Part shown: positions 1 through 10,549 of the stretch, piece after piece
How positions within the stretch are numbered: position 1 is the stretch's first letter
Layout: every line of letters starts with the position of its first letter
Origin: an uncultured Octadecabacter sp.
Lineage (GTDB): Bacteria; Pseudomonadota; Alphaproteobacteria; Rhodobacterales; Rhodobacteraceae
Direction: 5' to 3'
Length of the DNA stretch: 64,000 nt
NCBI GenBank assembly: GCA_937891785.1
Contig: CALAGN010000030.1
Span: 4,526-68,525, forward strand
Position numbers and translations under genes: made by a program
Notes under the pieces: model-generated
What the model saw: the letters and a program-made list of their open reading frames with translations, nothing else
Told to the model about the DNA's origin: nothing
The model's database searches: none

Positions 1-1
1 G

Positions 2-622
2 ACCTCCGGTCCGACCCATGAACCGATTGATCCGGTGCGCTATATCGCTAATCGTTCGTCGGGCGCGCAGGGCGCAGCAATTGCGAAGGCGTTATTGGCC
101 TTGGGCGCGCAAGTGACGTTCGTGACGGGGCCAGCTGATGTGCCGCCGCCGCATGGGGCAAAGGTTGTTGCCGTGCAGACAGCGGCACAAATGCAGGCTG
201 CTGTGCGTGAAAACCTGCCCGCAGACGCGGCGATCTTTGCGGCAGCGGTTGCAGACTGGCGCGTGACCAGCGCGAGCGACAGCAAGATCAAGAAAGACGG
301 CAACAGTCTACCCAAGTTAGAGTTCGCCGAAAACCCCGATATTCTAGCCGAGGTAAGCGCGCTGCGCGAAGGCCGCCCATCGTTGGTCGTCGGCTTTGCC
401 GCCGAGACCGATGACGTGATCGCCAACGCGACCGCGAAACGCAAGCGCAAGGGCTGTGACTGGATCGTCGCTAACGACGTGTCCCCCGCAACAGGAATCA
501 TGGGCGGGTCTGAAAATGACGTGACCCTGATCAGCGCTGAGGGTGGCGAGGATTGGCCGCGCATGAGCAAGGATGCCGTGGCGGCGCGACTGGCACAAAA
601 GGTGGCCGATGCGCTGGGTTGA
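2..622 (+). CDS. coaBC: Phosphopantothenoylcysteine decarboxylase/synthetase CoaBC, C-terminal part (5' end lies outside the window)
   Basis: Frame is open from base 2: TSGPTHEPIDPVRYIANRSSG, then FAAAVADW, NPDIL, VVGFAAET, CDWIVANDV; directly upstream of dut. Confidence 0.95.
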   Translation, partial: TSGPTHEPIDPVRYIANRSSGAQGAAIAKALLALGAQVTFVTGPADVPPPHGAKVVAVQTAAQMQAAVRENLPADAAIFAAAVADWRVTSASDSKIKKDGNSLPKLEFAENPDILAEVSALREGRPSLVVGFAAETDDVIANATAKRKRKGCDWIVANDVSPATGIMGGSENDVTLISAEGGEDWPRMSKDAVAARLAQKVADALG

Positions 623-673
623 TCGCGCGGAGCCTCTGGTGAAAGTTATTGTGGAAGAAAAAGTGGGGGCGGA

Positions 674-1132
674 ATGGCAGTGATTGCCCTTAGTTGGGTT
701 GAGGGGGCCGATCAGAGCCTGCCTTTGCCGTGCTATCAGACTGCAGGTGCGGCGGGGGCTGATGTCTGCGCCAATCTGCCCGACCGCGGTCAGGTGATCC
801 TTGCGGCAGGTGCGCGTGCACTGGTGCCGACCGGGTTGCGGGTGCAAATTCCCGAAGGGTTCGAGATGCAGATGCGCCCGCGGTCTGGTTTGGCGCTGAA
901 ACACGGGATTACCCTGCCCAATAGCCCCGGCACGATTGATAGTGATTATCGCGGGCCGTTGGGGGTGATAGTGATGAATGCCAGCGATGCGGACTTCGTG
1001 ATCAAGCATGGTGACAGGATTGCACAACTGGTCGTTGCGCCGGTTGTACAGGCCCGGTTCGAGCTGGCCGAGGGGCTGGATGAAACCGCCCGCGGCATGG
1101 GTGGATTTGGGTCGACTGGGCAAAACGGATGA
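674..1132 (+). CDS. dut: dUTP diphosphatase
   Basis: dUTPase motifs [38 protein letters not shown]. Confidence 0.97.
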   Translation: MAVIALSWVEGADQSLPLPCYQTAGAAGADVCANLPDRGQVILAAGARALVPTGLRVQIPEGFEMQMRPRSGLALKHGITLPNSPGTIDSDYRGPLGVIVMNASDADFVIKHGDRIAQLVVAPVVQARFELAEGLDETARGMGGFGSTGQNG

Positions 1133-2160
1133 TCATGGTTCTGGCCATGGCAGCCGCACTTTGGGTTATCGGCGCTGTGATGGGTGCGCCACTGCGCGCG
1201 CGCTGGATCATGATCGTGGTGTTGTTTGCTGGCGTGATTGCCGCGCAGCTGGCGTTGCCCGACGGGCATCCGCTGCGCGTGGCCACGGGCGGGGATGTGC
1301 GGTTGTGGTTGCTGATCGCCGGATTGATTGGCATGGCGCTGATTTATCGCACAGGGCTCGCCCGCGTGAAGGCGCATATTGCGGCACGCGAACAGCCCGT
1401 GATCGTGGGGACATTTGGCGCCGGTGAGCTTGAGCGTTATGCCCGCCACATTGTGCTGCGCGAAATCGGCGGGCCGGGGCAAAAGGCGTTAAAAAACGCG
1501 CGTGTTTTGGTTGTTGGTGCCGGCGGGTTGGGGTCGCCCGTGTTGCTTTATCTAGCGGCAGCAGGTGTGGGCACGATTGGCGTGATTGATGATGATCTGG
1601 TCGATAATTCCAATCTCCAACGTCAAGTGATCCATCGTGACGTCGATATCGGTCTGCCCAAGGTTCAGTCAGCCGCCAACGCAATGCGCGCGCAAAATCC
1701 GCGTGTTGAGGTGAAAACCTATCAGCGACGGTTGACGGCAGATATCGCGGGCGCGTTGATCGGCGAATATGATCTTGTGCTGGACGGCACCGATAATTTT
1801 ACCACGCGCTATTTGGTCAATGCCGTGTGCGCCAATGCAGGTGTGCCGCTGGTCGCGGCGGCCCTAACCCAGTGGGAAGGTCAGATCAGCGTTTATGATC
1901 CTGCCAATGGCACCCCGTGTTATCAGTGCATATTTCCGCAAGCGCCCGATGCGGCCCTTGCACCGTCGTGTAGCGAGGCGGGTGTGATTGGTCCCTTGCC
2001 GGGTATCATGGGCGCGATGATGGCCGTCGAGGCGATCAAGGTGATTACCGGCGCGGGCGAAGGGCTGCATGGACGTTTGATGATCTATGACGCGCTTTAC
2101 GGCGAAACCCGCACGATCACGATGTCCCCGCGCGACGATTGTCCGGTGTGTGGTCACTGA
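1129..2160 (+). CDS. moeB: HesA/MoeB/ThiF-family adenylyltransferase with an N-terminal hydrophobic membrane region
   Basis: [26 protein letters not shown] and Zn-binding CYQC/CPVC; about 80 hydrophobic N-terminal residues; ATGA overlap with dut. Confidence 0.85.
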   Translation: MIMVLAMAAALWVIGAVMGAPLRARWIMIVVLFAGVIAAQLALPDGHPLRVATGGDVRLWLLIAGLIGMALIYRTGLARVKAHIAAREQPVIVGTFGAGELERYARHIVLREIGGPGQKALKNARVLVVGAGGLGSPVLLYLAAAGVGTIGVIDDDLVDNSNLQRQVIHRDVDIGLPKVQSAANAMRAQNPRVEVKTYQRRLTADIAGALIGEYDLVLDGTDNFTTRYLVNAVCANAGVPLVAAALTQWEGQISVYDPANGTPCYQCIFPQAPDAALAPSCSEAGVIGPLPGIMGAMMAVEAIKVITGAGEGLHGRLMIYDALYGETRTITMSPRDDCPVCGH

Positions 2161-2220
2161 CCCTTGCATGCAGCGCGCGTTGCGCCATACTTGGTAAGGT
2201 TCAACACTTGGGAGACTTCC

Positions 2221-3006
2221 ATGAAACTGCTTGCCCCTCTTGCCGCTGCTGCGGCTCTTTTTGCGACAACCGCGCTGGCCGACGGCCATATGCCTGACCT
2301 TGATGGCCGCGAGATTGTTATCGTCACTGAGAATGCCTATCCGCCGCTGCAATTCATTGCCGACGGCAAAGCGATTGGCTGGGAATATGACGCGATGGCC
2401 GAAGTAGCTGAACGTCTGAATGTCACGATCGTTTATGAAAACATCAGCTGGGATGCGATGATTGCTGCCGTCTCAGAGGGTCAGTATGACATGGGCATGA
2501 CCGGAATCACGATCCGCGAAGACCGTGCCGAGGTCGTTGATTTTTCCGACAGCTATATGACGAGCCAGATGGTCATGCTGGTGCGCGGTGATGAGGAACG
2601 GTTTACCGATGCCGCGTCCTTTGCTGCAGACGCTGATTTGATGTCTGCCGCGCAGCCCGGCACCACGCCGTTTTATGTCACGGTTTACGATGTGCTGGAC
2701 GGTGACGAAGCCAACCCGCGTATCCAACTCATGGAAACCTTTGGCGCGACAGTGCAGGCGCTGCGCACAGGCGACGTTGATATGGTTCTGACGGACGGCA
2801 CTGCTGGTGCTGGCTATGTCGAAGCGTCCGATGGCGGGCTGAAAATCATCGGCGAGCCGCTGGGCACCGAAGATTTTGGGTTCATTTTTCCTAAAGGGTC
2901 AGACCTTGTCGCGCCGATCAACGCAGCGATTGCTGATATGGCTGCCGATGGCACGCTAGAGGCGCTTAATACCAAGTGGTTCCTTGAGTATAAGTTGGGC
3001 CAGTAG
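2221..3006 (+). CDS. Polar amino acid ABC transporter substrate-binding protein
   Basis: Signal peptide [20 protein letters not shown]; [30 protein letters not shown] (SBP family 3). Start placed at ATG 2221 after GGGAGA. Confidence 0.9.
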   Translation: MKLLAPLAAAAALFATTALADGHMPDLDGREIVIVTENAYPPLQFIADGKAIGWEYDAMAEVAERLNVTIVYENISWDAMIAAVSEGQYDMGMTGITIREDRAEVVDFSDSYMTSQMVMLVRGDEERFTDAASFAADADLMSAAQPGTTPFYVTVYDVLDGDEANPRIQLMETFGATVQALRTGDVDMVLTDGTAGAGYVEASDGGLKIIGEPLGTEDFGFIFPKGSDLVAPINAAIADMAADGTLEALNTKWFLEYKLGQ

Positions 3007-3016
3007 ACTCATGAAA

Positions 3017-3041
3017 CGGGGCTGGCTATTGGCTGGCCCCG
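3017..3041 (+). terminator. GC-rich hairpin between the substrate-binding protein and permease genes (attenuator or mRNA-stabilising stem)
   Basis: CGGGGCTGGC-TATTG-GCTGGCCCCG pairs with two G-U wobbles; no U-tract. Confidence 0.5.
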
Positions 3042-3054
3042 ATCGACTTACCAG

Positions 3055-3849
3055 ATGATCCCCCAATCCCCCCAAGATCGTGATTTCCCGTGGTGGCTGC
3101 TGGTTGCGGCCAGTATCGCGGCGTATCTAATGTATCGTGTGGTTTCGGATGATCTGTACCACGCGGTCCTGACGACGCTTTCCAAGGGCATTTGGGTCAC
3201 GATATTTGTGACGACTGTCGGCTTTAGTTTTGCATCATTGATAGGGCTGCTGCTGGCGACTGGATCGCTTTCACGCTTTCTGGTGATCCGGCAACTGTGC
3301 CGATTCTACATTGAAATCGTGCGCGGCGTGCCGATCCTTGTGCTGCTTTTATATGTGGCCTTTGTCATCGCACCGGGCATGGTTGCATTGGTCAATTGGG
3401 CGCTGGAAGGGATCGGCGCCGACCCTATCCGCACCCGTGACTTCAGCCTCATGTGGCGCGCGATCATCGCGCTGACTATCGGTTATTCTGCGTTTATCGC
3501 CGAAGTGTTCCGCGCCGGTTTGCAAAGCATCGAACGTGGCCAGATCGAAGCTGCCGAGGCGCTGGGGCTTGGGTCGTGGGACCGATTTCGTCATATTGTG
3601 TTTCCGCAGGCATTTCGCCGTATTATGCCGCCGCTTGGCAATGACTTCATCGCGATGATCAAGGATTCCTCGCTGGTGTCTGTGCTTGGCGTGTTGGACG
3701 TCACACAATTGGGTAAGGTCACGGCGGCGGGCAATTTCCGCTATTTCGAGACATATAACGTGGTGGCACTGATCTATCTGATCATGACGGTGTCGTTGTC
3801 GCTTGTGTTGCGCCGGATCGAACGTCGCCTGCGCCAAAAAGGAATTTGA
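3055..3849 (+). CDS. Amino acid ABC transporter permease (HisM/GlnP type)
   Basis: YIEIVRGVPILV, AEVFRAG, EAA loop GQIEAAEALGL, IKDSSLVS; multiple TM segments. Confidence 0.93.
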   Translation: MIPQSPQDRDFPWWLLVAASIAAYLMYRVVSDDLYHAVLTTLSKGIWVTIFVTTVGFSFASLIGLLLATGSLSRFLVIRQLCRFYIEIVRGVPILVLLLYVAFVIAPGMVALVNWALEGIGADPIRTRDFSLMWRAIIALTIGYSAFIAEVFRAGLQSIERGQIEAAEALGLGSWDRFRHIVFPQAFRRIMPPLGNDFIAMIKDSSLVSVLGVLDVTQLGKVTAAGNFRYFETYNVVALIYLIMTVSLSLVLRRIERRLRQKGI

Positions 3850-3918
3850 CCGAGGACTTCGCGCTGGCTGTGGTGAATCGCGCCAAAGGCTCCTATCGTG
3901 ACCGCAAAGGAGACTTTA

Positions 3919-5940
3919 ATGACCAACCCGCTTTTGCAGACTTGGGATACGCCCTTTGGCCTGCCGCCGTTCGACAAGATTTCCGATGACGATTTCGCCC
4001 CCGCCGTGGATACCGCACTGGCCGAGGCACGCACGAATATCGCAACAATTACCGCAAATGAGGACGCGCCGACATTTGCCAACACAATTGAAGCGCTGGA
4101 TTTATCAGATCGACTGCTGGATCAGGCGCTGGGTGCGTTTTATGCGCTGGCTGGGGCAGATAGCACCCCGGCGCGCGAGGCACTGATGCGTGATTTCGCG
4201 CCGCTCTTGTCGGCGTTCAGTTCTGAAGTGTCATCGAATACAGCTTTGTTCGCGCGGATCGAAACGCTTTGGCAGGATCGTGAAAGCCTTGATCTGAGCG
4301 ATGAACAGCAGCGGGTCTTGATGTTGTCGCGCCGCAATTTTGTGCGCTCTGGTGCGCAGCTTGAAGGCTATGCCGCGGATCGGTTGACCGAAGTCAAAGG
4401 GCGGCTTTCGGTGCTTGGCACGCAGTTCACCCAGAACCTGCTGGCGGATGAACGGGCTTGGTATATGCCGCTGTCAGATGCTGATCTCGCAGACCTGCCC
4501 GATTTTGTGATCGCCGCCGCACGTGCCGCTGGCAAAGATCATGATGTGGATGGTCCGGTTGTGACATTGTCGCGGTCCCTGATCGTGCCGTTCCTGCAGT
4601 TTTGTCCGAACCGTGCATTGCGACAAAAAGCTTACGAAGCTTGGGGTGCGCGTGGTGCCAATGGTGGCGAAACCGACAACCGTGATATTGCTGCTGAAAC
4701 CCTTGATCTGCGGGCGCAGCGGGCGGATCTGTTGGGCTATGACAGCTTTGCCGATTACAAGCTCGAGACCGAAATGGCCGGTACGCCTGATGCGGTGCGC
4801 GATCTGCTGATGAAGGTCTGGGAGCCTGCCAAGGCCGCCGCCGACGCAGACGGGATGCGGTTGCAAGCGATGATGCATAATGACGGTGAAACCGGTCCGC
4901 TCGAACCTTGGGACTGGCGGTATTATTCGGAAAAGCGGCGCAAAGACGATCACGATCTGGATGAATCCACGTTGAAACCCTACCTGCAACTTGATCGCAT
5001 GGTCGAGGCGGCCTTTTCTTGTGCGCACCGTTTGTTCGGGCTGGAATTCGCACCGATCGACGTGCCGCTGTATCACGCCGATTGCAAAGCATGGGACGTG
5101 ACCCGTGATGGCAAACATATCGCTGTGTTTATTGCCGACTACTTCGCACGGACCTCGAAACGTTCCGGTGCATGGTGCAGTGCGATGCGTGCCCAGCAAA
5201 AGCTTGCCGGTGACATTCGCCCGCATGTTGTGAACGTCTGCAATTTCGCGAAACCAGCTAAAGGTGATCGTGCGCTGCTGTCCTATGACGATGCGCGCAC
5301 GCTGTTTCACGAATTTGGTCATGCGCTGCACCAAATGCTGTCGGATGTGACCTATCAGATGATCAGCGGCACATCCGTGGCGCGTGATTTTGTGGAATTG
5401 CCCAGCCAGTTATTCGAACATTGGCTGTCGGTGCCCGAAGTGTTGCAGGAATTTGCGACCCACGCCGAAACAGGCGAGCCGATGCCACGCGATTTGCTGG
5501 ACCGGATGTTGGGGGCCGCGACCTATGATATGGGGTTCCAGACGGTTGAATATCTGTCGTCAGCTTTGGTTGATCTGGCGTTTCACGAAGGTGATGCTCC
5601 CGCCGACCCGCTGCAGAAACAGGCTGAGGTTTTGGAAGATATCGGCATGCCTCACGCGATTGGGATGCGCCACGCGACCCCACATTTCGCGCACGTCTTT
5701 GCCGGTGAAGAATATTCTTGCGGCTATTACAGCTATATGTGGTCCGAAGTCATGGATGCCGATGCGTTCGAGGCATTCGAGGCTGCGGGTGGACCGTTTG
5801 ACGCGGACATGGCCGCAAAGTTGGAGAAACATATCCTGTCGGCAGGAGGGTCACAGGACGCGGCGGCGGCTTACCTCGCGTTTCGGGGCCAGATGCCCGA
5901 TGTCGGTCCGCTGCTCAAGGGGCGCGGTTTGGCGCCCTAG
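3919..5940 (+). CDS. dcp: M3-family metallopeptidase (peptidyl-dipeptidase Dcp-like)
   Basis: HEFGHALH zinc motif, DFVELPSQ, GYYSYMWSEV, FRG near C-terminus; AAGGAG RBS before ATG 3919. Confidence 0.92.
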   Translation: MTNPLLQTWDTPFGLPPFDKISDDDFAPAVDTALAEARTNIATITANEDAPTFANTIEALDLSDRLLDQALGAFYALAGADSTPAREALMRDFAPLLSAFSSEVSSNTALFARIETLWQDRESLDLSDEQQRVLMLSRRNFVRSGAQLEGYAADRLTEVKGRLSVLGTQFTQNLLADERAWYMPLSDADLADLPDFVIAAARAAGKDHDVDGPVVTLSRSLIVPFLQFCPNRALRQKAYEAWGARGANGGETDNRDIAAETLDLRAQRADLLGYDSFADYKLETEMAGTPDAVRDLLMKVWEPAKAAADADGMRLQAMMHNDGETGPLEPWDWRYYSEKRRKDDHDLDESTLKPYLQLDRMVEAAFSCAHRLFGLEFAPIDVPLYHADCKAWDVTRDGKHIAVFIADYFARTSKRSGAWCSAMRAQQKLAGDIRPHVVNVCNFAKPAKGDRALLSYDDARTLFHEFGHALHQMLSDVTYQMISGTSVARDFVELPSQLFEHWLSVPEVLQEFATHAETGEPMPRDLLDRMLGAATYDMGFQTVEYLSSALVDLAFHEGDAPADPLQKQAEVLEDIGMPHAIGMRHATPHFAHVFAGEEYSCGYYSYMWSEVMDADAFEAFEAAGGPFDADMAAKLEKHILSAGGSQDAAAAYLAFRGQMPDVGPLLKGRGLAP

Positions 5941-6845
5941 CGGCTGGGGTCGTCAGGGTGTGGTTCAACGCCCAACGGGTCTTTGTGGATCAACACGTCG
6001 GCGCGCGGATAAGCGTGCAGGATTGCGCGGCGCAGGGCGGCACCGATGGCATGGGCTTCGTCCAGTGTCTGGCTGCCGTCCAGTTCGATGTGTAGGTTCA
6101 CGAAGACGCGGCTCCCAGCGACCCGCGTCTTGAGGTCATGAAATCCGTGTACACTCTCGAATTTTTCCGCAATCGCGGCGATGTCGTCGATCATTTGCGG
6201 GTCTGCCTGTCGGTCCATCAACGCGTCCCAAGCGCCTTTGCCGATTCGTAACGCACCGACCGCAAGCAGGGCCGCGGCACCCAAAGCCACGACCGAATCT
6301 ACCTGCCCAAGCCCCAGCGCCGCCGAGGCCCAAAGTGCGAGCAACGCACCGATATTCGGGATCAGGTCGCCCAGATAATGCAGGCTATCGGCCATGACCA
6401 CGCGGTTCCCTGTGGCGCGGGCCACGCGGCGTTGCCACATCACAAGACCCAGTGTGAGGACAATAGAAAATACCATAATCGCCATGCCGCGTTGTTCTTG
6501 CTGCGGCAGGGCGACATTGTCGTCCAGCAGGCGGAACACAGCGGCCACGGCGATAACGCCAGCGGAAACCAGAATGAAAAGCGACTGGCCAAGGGCCGCA
6601 AGATCTTCGGCCGAGGTATGGCCGAAATTATGATCGTCGTCGGCAGGTTTGGCGGCATACGCGATGGCCACCAGCCCGCCCAGCGACATCATCAGGTCCA
6701 TCGCGCTGTCGGCCAATGTAGCGGCGACAGCAAGCGATCCGGTCTGACCCAGTGCCCAGAGCTTCGCCAGCACAAGAATAAGTGCGACCAGAACGGACAT
6801 CATCCCAGCCGAAAGATTCAATTTTGTATCAGTGGTGCGCGCCAT
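5937..6845 (-). CDS. fieF: Cation diffusion facilitator (FieF/YiiP-like)
   Basis: ATLADSAMD, ADDDHNFGH, ADSLHYLGD, C-terminal HIELDG/HKDP. Confidence 0.88.
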   Translation of the reverse strand: MARTTDTKLNLSAGMMSVLVALILVLAKLWALGQTGSLAVAATLADSAMDLMMSLGGLVAIAYAAKPADDDHNFGHTSAEDLAALGQSLFILVSAGVIAVAAVFRLLDDNVALPQQEQRGMAIMVFSIVLTLGLVMWQRRVARATGNRVVMADSLHYLGDLIPNIGALLALWASAALGLGQVDSVVALGAAALLAVGALRIGKGAWDALMDRQADPQMIDDIAAIAEKFESVHGFHDLKTRVAGSRVFVNLHIELDGSQTLDEAHAIGAALRRAILHAYPRADVLIHKDPLGVEPHPDDPSR

Positions 6846-6884
6846 ATCCTTGCCTAGCGCGCCGCGCGGGCAAGGAAAAGGCCG

Positions 6885-7394
6885 CTAGTCGCGCAATTCA
6901 TCCGCGCCAACACCCCAGAGCCCGGTTTTGGGTGCCCAACCGCGATAGCCTCCGGCGCTTAGCCAGCACCAGTCATCATTACATTCGCCAAGGCGCGCGA
7001 TCACACCGACCTCAAGCATCGCTGATTGCGGTGAGGTCGTGTCAGCCCGCGTATGAAGCGCCAACATGTCTTGGTCGATAATTACTGTGCGCGTGCCCGA
7101 CAGCAGCGAATAGTGTACCCAGCCGCCGACCCCATCGCGGTCAATCACACGTCGCCAGTGGCCGTATTCATCGACGATCTGCAGTGGCATGTCGCGGCGA
7201 TTGAAAACCCAGTCGATTCGGTGGGTGAGGGACGGGCCACGGCGCACGTTTCCTTCGTTCGCCTTCATCGAGACGAATCGGGGGATCGGCAAATTCGTTT
7301 CGGGACCACGGTTTTCCACCGTGTCTTGGGCCGATGCCATTGCGGATATCGTCACGAAGACGAGCAACAATAAACTGCGTGCCAAACCGATCAT
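6885..7394 (-). CDS. Exported SH3-domain (SH3_4-type) protein
   Basis: Signal peptide from ATG 7394; RFVSMKANEGNVRRGPS, YGHWRRV..GGWVH and a second SH3-like repeat ending GYRGWAPK. Confidence 0.8.
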   Translation of the reverse strand: MIGLARSLLLLVFVTISAMASAQDTVENRGPETNLPIPRFVSMKANEGNVRRGPSLTHRIDWVFNRRDMPLQIVDEYGHWRRVIDRDGVGGWVHYSLLSGTRTVIIDQDMLALHTRADTTSPQSAMLEVGVIARLGECNDDWCWLSAGGYRGWAPKTGLWGVGADELRD

Positions 7395-7510
7395 CGGATC
7401 ACCTGTAACCTTAAATCTCTGCTCTGCGGCATCGGGGTTCTTGTGCCTCGTGCGCCTGACTGTCAACCTGCCAGAAGACGCGCCAATTTGAAAGCGAGAG
7501 GAAGCGGATC

Positions 7511-8497
7511 ATGCCAAGCAAACGCCTAAGTGTTGTTGTCACGCGACGGTTGCCAGAGGTCGTTGAGACCCGCCTGAAAGAGTTATTCAACGTCGAACTG
7601 CGCGAAGACGATGCGCAGATGAGCCGCGACGAGCTTGCAGCGGCCATGCAGCGCGCCGATGTGCTGGTCCCTGCGGTAACTGATACGCTTGATGCGCGGC
7701 TTTTGGCGCAAGCGGGAGATCGCCTGAAGCTGATCGCAAATTACGGGGCTGGGGTTGATCATATCGACGTCCACACCGCCCGTCAGCGCGGCATTCTGGT
7801 GTCCAACACGCCCGGAGTTGTCACCGAAGATACCGCCGATATGACGCTGGCGCTGATTTTGGCTGTTACGCGGCGTATTCCTGAAGGGTTGGCGCTGATG
7901 CAGGCGGGTAACTGGGGCGGTTGGGCGCCGACCGCGATGCTGGGTGGCCGGATCGGTGGCCGTCGATTGGGAATCTTGGGCATGGGGCGCATTGGTCAGG
8001 CCGTTGCACGCCGCGCCGCCGCTTTCGGGATGCAGGTGCATTACCACAACCGTAAACGCCTACGCCCTGAAGTCGAAGACGAGCTTGAGGCGACCTATTG
8101 GGAGAGCCTTGACCAGATGGTCGCACGGATGGACGTGATTTCGATTAATTGCCCGCATACGCCCAGCACGTTCCACTTGATGAATGCACGGCGGTTAAAG
8201 TTGATGAAACCGAATGCGGTGATCGTGAATACCTCGCGCGGCGAGGTGATTGACGAAAACGCCCTGACGCGGATGTTGCGGGCGGGCGAACTGGGCGGGG
8301 CGGGCCTTGATGTGTTCGAGCATGGCTCTGAAATCAACCCGCGCCTTCGCGAACTGCCAAACGTAGTCCTGTTGCCCCATATGGGATCAGCCACCATCGA
8401 GGGCCGCACCGAGATGGGCGAGAAGGTCATTATCAACATCAAGACGTTTAACGACGGGCATCGCCCGCCAGATCTGGTCGTGCCGGGAGTCATGTGA
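7511..8497 (+). CDS. D-isomer-specific 2-hydroxyacid dehydrogenase (glyoxylate/hydroxypyruvate reductase-like)
   Basis: NYGAGVDHID, NTPGV, GMGRIG, VNTSRGEV, GLDVFE, LLPHMGSAT. Confidence 0.92.
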   Translation: MPSKRLSVVVTRRLPEVVETRLKELFNVELREDDAQMSRDELAAAMQRADVLVPAVTDTLDARLLAQAGDRLKLIANYGAGVDHIDVHTARQRGILVSNTPGVVTEDTADMTLALILAVTRRIPEGLALMQAGNWGGWAPTAMLGGRIGGRRLGILGMGRIGQAVARRAAAFGMQVHYHNRKRLRPEVEDELEATYWESLDQMVARMDVISINCPHTPSTFHLMNARRLKLMKPNAVIVNTSRGEVIDENALTRMLRAGELGGAGLDVFEHGSEINPRLRELPNVVLLPHMGSATIEGRTEMGEKVIINIKTFNDGHRPPDLVVPGVM

Positions 8498-8716
8498 GGT
8501 CAGCTTAGACACAGCTTTGCGCCACTTTGGGTGAAAGCGGGTCATACTACTATCCGCAGCGGAGCTACTTTTGGCGCCGCCCTCGTTTGTTTAACTACCC
8601 GTTATATAGCACGAATCTGTCCGTTTGCGGGCTGGGCCTGCGCGAGAATGTCTCGCCTGCGGCAAAAATGCCGCGCGCGTCAACTTGGGGTTGCCCCAAT
8701 ATTTAAGGGGCTTCGC

Positions 8717-9529
8717 TTAGCGATAAACCTCATCCTCGCTTGGGAAAGACCGGCTTTTGACGTCTTCGGCGTAACGTTTCACGGAGTCCTCGATCATCGG
8801 GCCAAGTGAGCCGTAAACCTTGACGAACTTCGGGGTCCACGGGTTCATGCCAAGCATGTCTTCCAGCACCAGAATCTGGCCGTCGCATTCTGCCGATGCA
8901 CCAATTCCGATCGTCGGAATGTCGATCTGTTTGGTGATTTTCGCGGCCAGCGGTTCAACCATGCCTTCCAATACCACGGCAAAGGCACCGGCCTCGGCCA
9001 CGGCGCGCGCGTCTTCTTCGTGCGCCGCCCATGTATCCTCATCGCGCCCTTGGGTCTTGAAACCGCCCATGACGTGAGATGATTGTGGCGTCAGGCCAGT
9101 GTGCGCCATGACGGGAATCCCGCGTTGCACAAGGAAATGGATCGTTTCAGCCATGCGCGCCCCGCCTTCAATCTTCACCGCACCACAGCCGGTTTCTTTC
9201 ATGATCTTGGCCGCATTTCTAAAGGCGATCTTGGGTGATTCCTCATAGGTACCGAACGGCATATCAACCACGATCAGCGCTTTTTTGGTGCCGCGCACGA
9301 CCGCCTTGCCGTGCATAATCATCAGATCAAGCGTCACGCCCACGGTGCTTTCCATCCCGTGCATGACCATCCCAAGGCTGTCACCAACCAGAATGAAATC
9401 CGCGTATTTGTCTACAATTGCAGCCGTGTGTGCGTGATACGATGTCAGTGACACAATGGGGTCGCCGTTCTTACGGCTGGCGATCTGGGGCACTGTATTG
9501 CGACGGATGGTTTCCACTTGGGTGCTCAT
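8717..9529 (-). CDS. panB: 3-methyl-2-oxobutanoate hydroxymethyltransferase
   Basis: [42 protein letters not shown]. Confidence 0.97.
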   Translation of the reverse strand: MSTQVETIRRNTVPQIASRKNGDPIVSLTSYHAHTAAIVDKYADFILVGDSLGMVMHGMESTVGVTLDLMIMHGKAVVRGTKKALIVVDMPFGTYEESPKIAFRNAAKIMKETGCGAVKIEGGARMAETIHFLVQRGIPVMAHTGLTPQSSHVMGGFKTQGRDEDTWAAHEEDARAVAEAGAFAVVLEGMVEPLAAKITKQIDIPTIGIGASAECDGQILVLEDMLGMNPWTPKFVKVYGSLGPMIEDSVKRYAEDVKSRSFPSEDEVYR

Positions 9530-10383
9530 GGGGTGATCTCTCTTTGGTCAATCAGCATAACTGGGTTGTCGTTCGGGCCGAATTCAACGGATAGCATAAT
9601 TGCAATGGGTCCTTTCATCAGCCCAACAGCGGGGGCAAAGGTTGCAGGGTCAACAATATCTACGGCGCGCAGACGGGCGCGCGGTTCGGCGTTGATGGTT
9701 GTGCGTAGCGCCTGATCAATCCGGTCGATAGGGACACGGCGGCCTGCTTCGTTTTCGGCTTTATCCAAAGCGCGCGACAGGACAACGGCGGCCCTGCGAT
9801 CGTTTTCAGTCAGGCGCGCGTTGCGTGATGACATGGCGAGGCCGTCGCTCTCGCGGACAGTCGGGACGCCATGCACCGCGACCGGCATTTGCAAGTCCCG
9901 CGCCATGCGTTTGATGACCTGCAGTTGCTGGTAGTCTTTTTCACCAAAATAGGCGGCGTCGGGTTGTGTGATATTGAACAGCTTGCTGACCACGGTTGTT
10001 ACACCGCGATAATGACCCGGGCGCACGAGGCCGTGCAGCACATTGGCGAGCCGTGTGGTCTCGACGATGGTTTCATTGTCCCTGGGATAGATTTCGGCTG
10101 CGTCGGGGATCAGCACAGCATCTACGCCTGCATCACGCAGCATCTCCAGATCTGCGTCTTCGGTGCGCGGGTAGTTTGCAAGGTCTTCCGCGTTGCCAAA
10201 CTGGGTCGGGTTTACAAAGATCGTGGCGACAACGCGGGTCTGTGCTGCCTTGGCCGCAGCGACCAGCGCCATATGCCCTGAATGCAGCGCGCCCATTGTC
10301 GTTACCAGCCCCACGGTTTCGCCCGCCGCGCGAAAAGCCGCGACAGCTGCGCGGATGTTGGAAATGGTTCTGCAAACCTGCAT
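9526..10383 (-). CDS. panC: Pantoate--beta-alanine ligase
   Basis: [40 protein letters not shown]. Start placed at ATG 10383; the longer track ORF is an upstream extension. Confidence 0.95.
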   Translation of the reverse strand: MQVCRTISNIRAAVAAFRAAGETVGLVTTMGALHSGHMALVAAAKAAQTRVVATIFVNPTQFGNAEDLANYPRTEDADLEMLRDAGVDAVLIPDAAEIYPRDNETIVETTRLANVLHGLVRPGHYRGVTTVVSKLFNITQPDAAYFGEKDYQQLQVIKRMARDLQMPVAVHGVPTVRESDGLAMSSRNARLTENDRRAAVVLSRALDKAENEAGRRVPIDRIDQALRTTINAEPRARLRAVDIVDPATFAPAVGLMKGPIAIMLSVEFGPNDNPVMLIDQREITP

Positions 10384-10549
10384 ACGGGACCCTAAAGCAA
10401 CATTCTTGCGTAAGTGATACTGTCCCGCTTGGCGCTTCACAACTGTCTGCTGTCGCATTCGCACCAAAGGTGGTCGGGACACTCTCGCCCGGCGCGCGTA
10501 AATCGGCCAAATTGCGCACAACTGAATGCGCTAGCGAAAGAGTCGCCCC

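Noticed and set aside
8717-10383. panC-panB without panD or panE
   Set aside because: Many alphaproteobacteria lack a linked panD; absence from a 64-kb window is uninformative.
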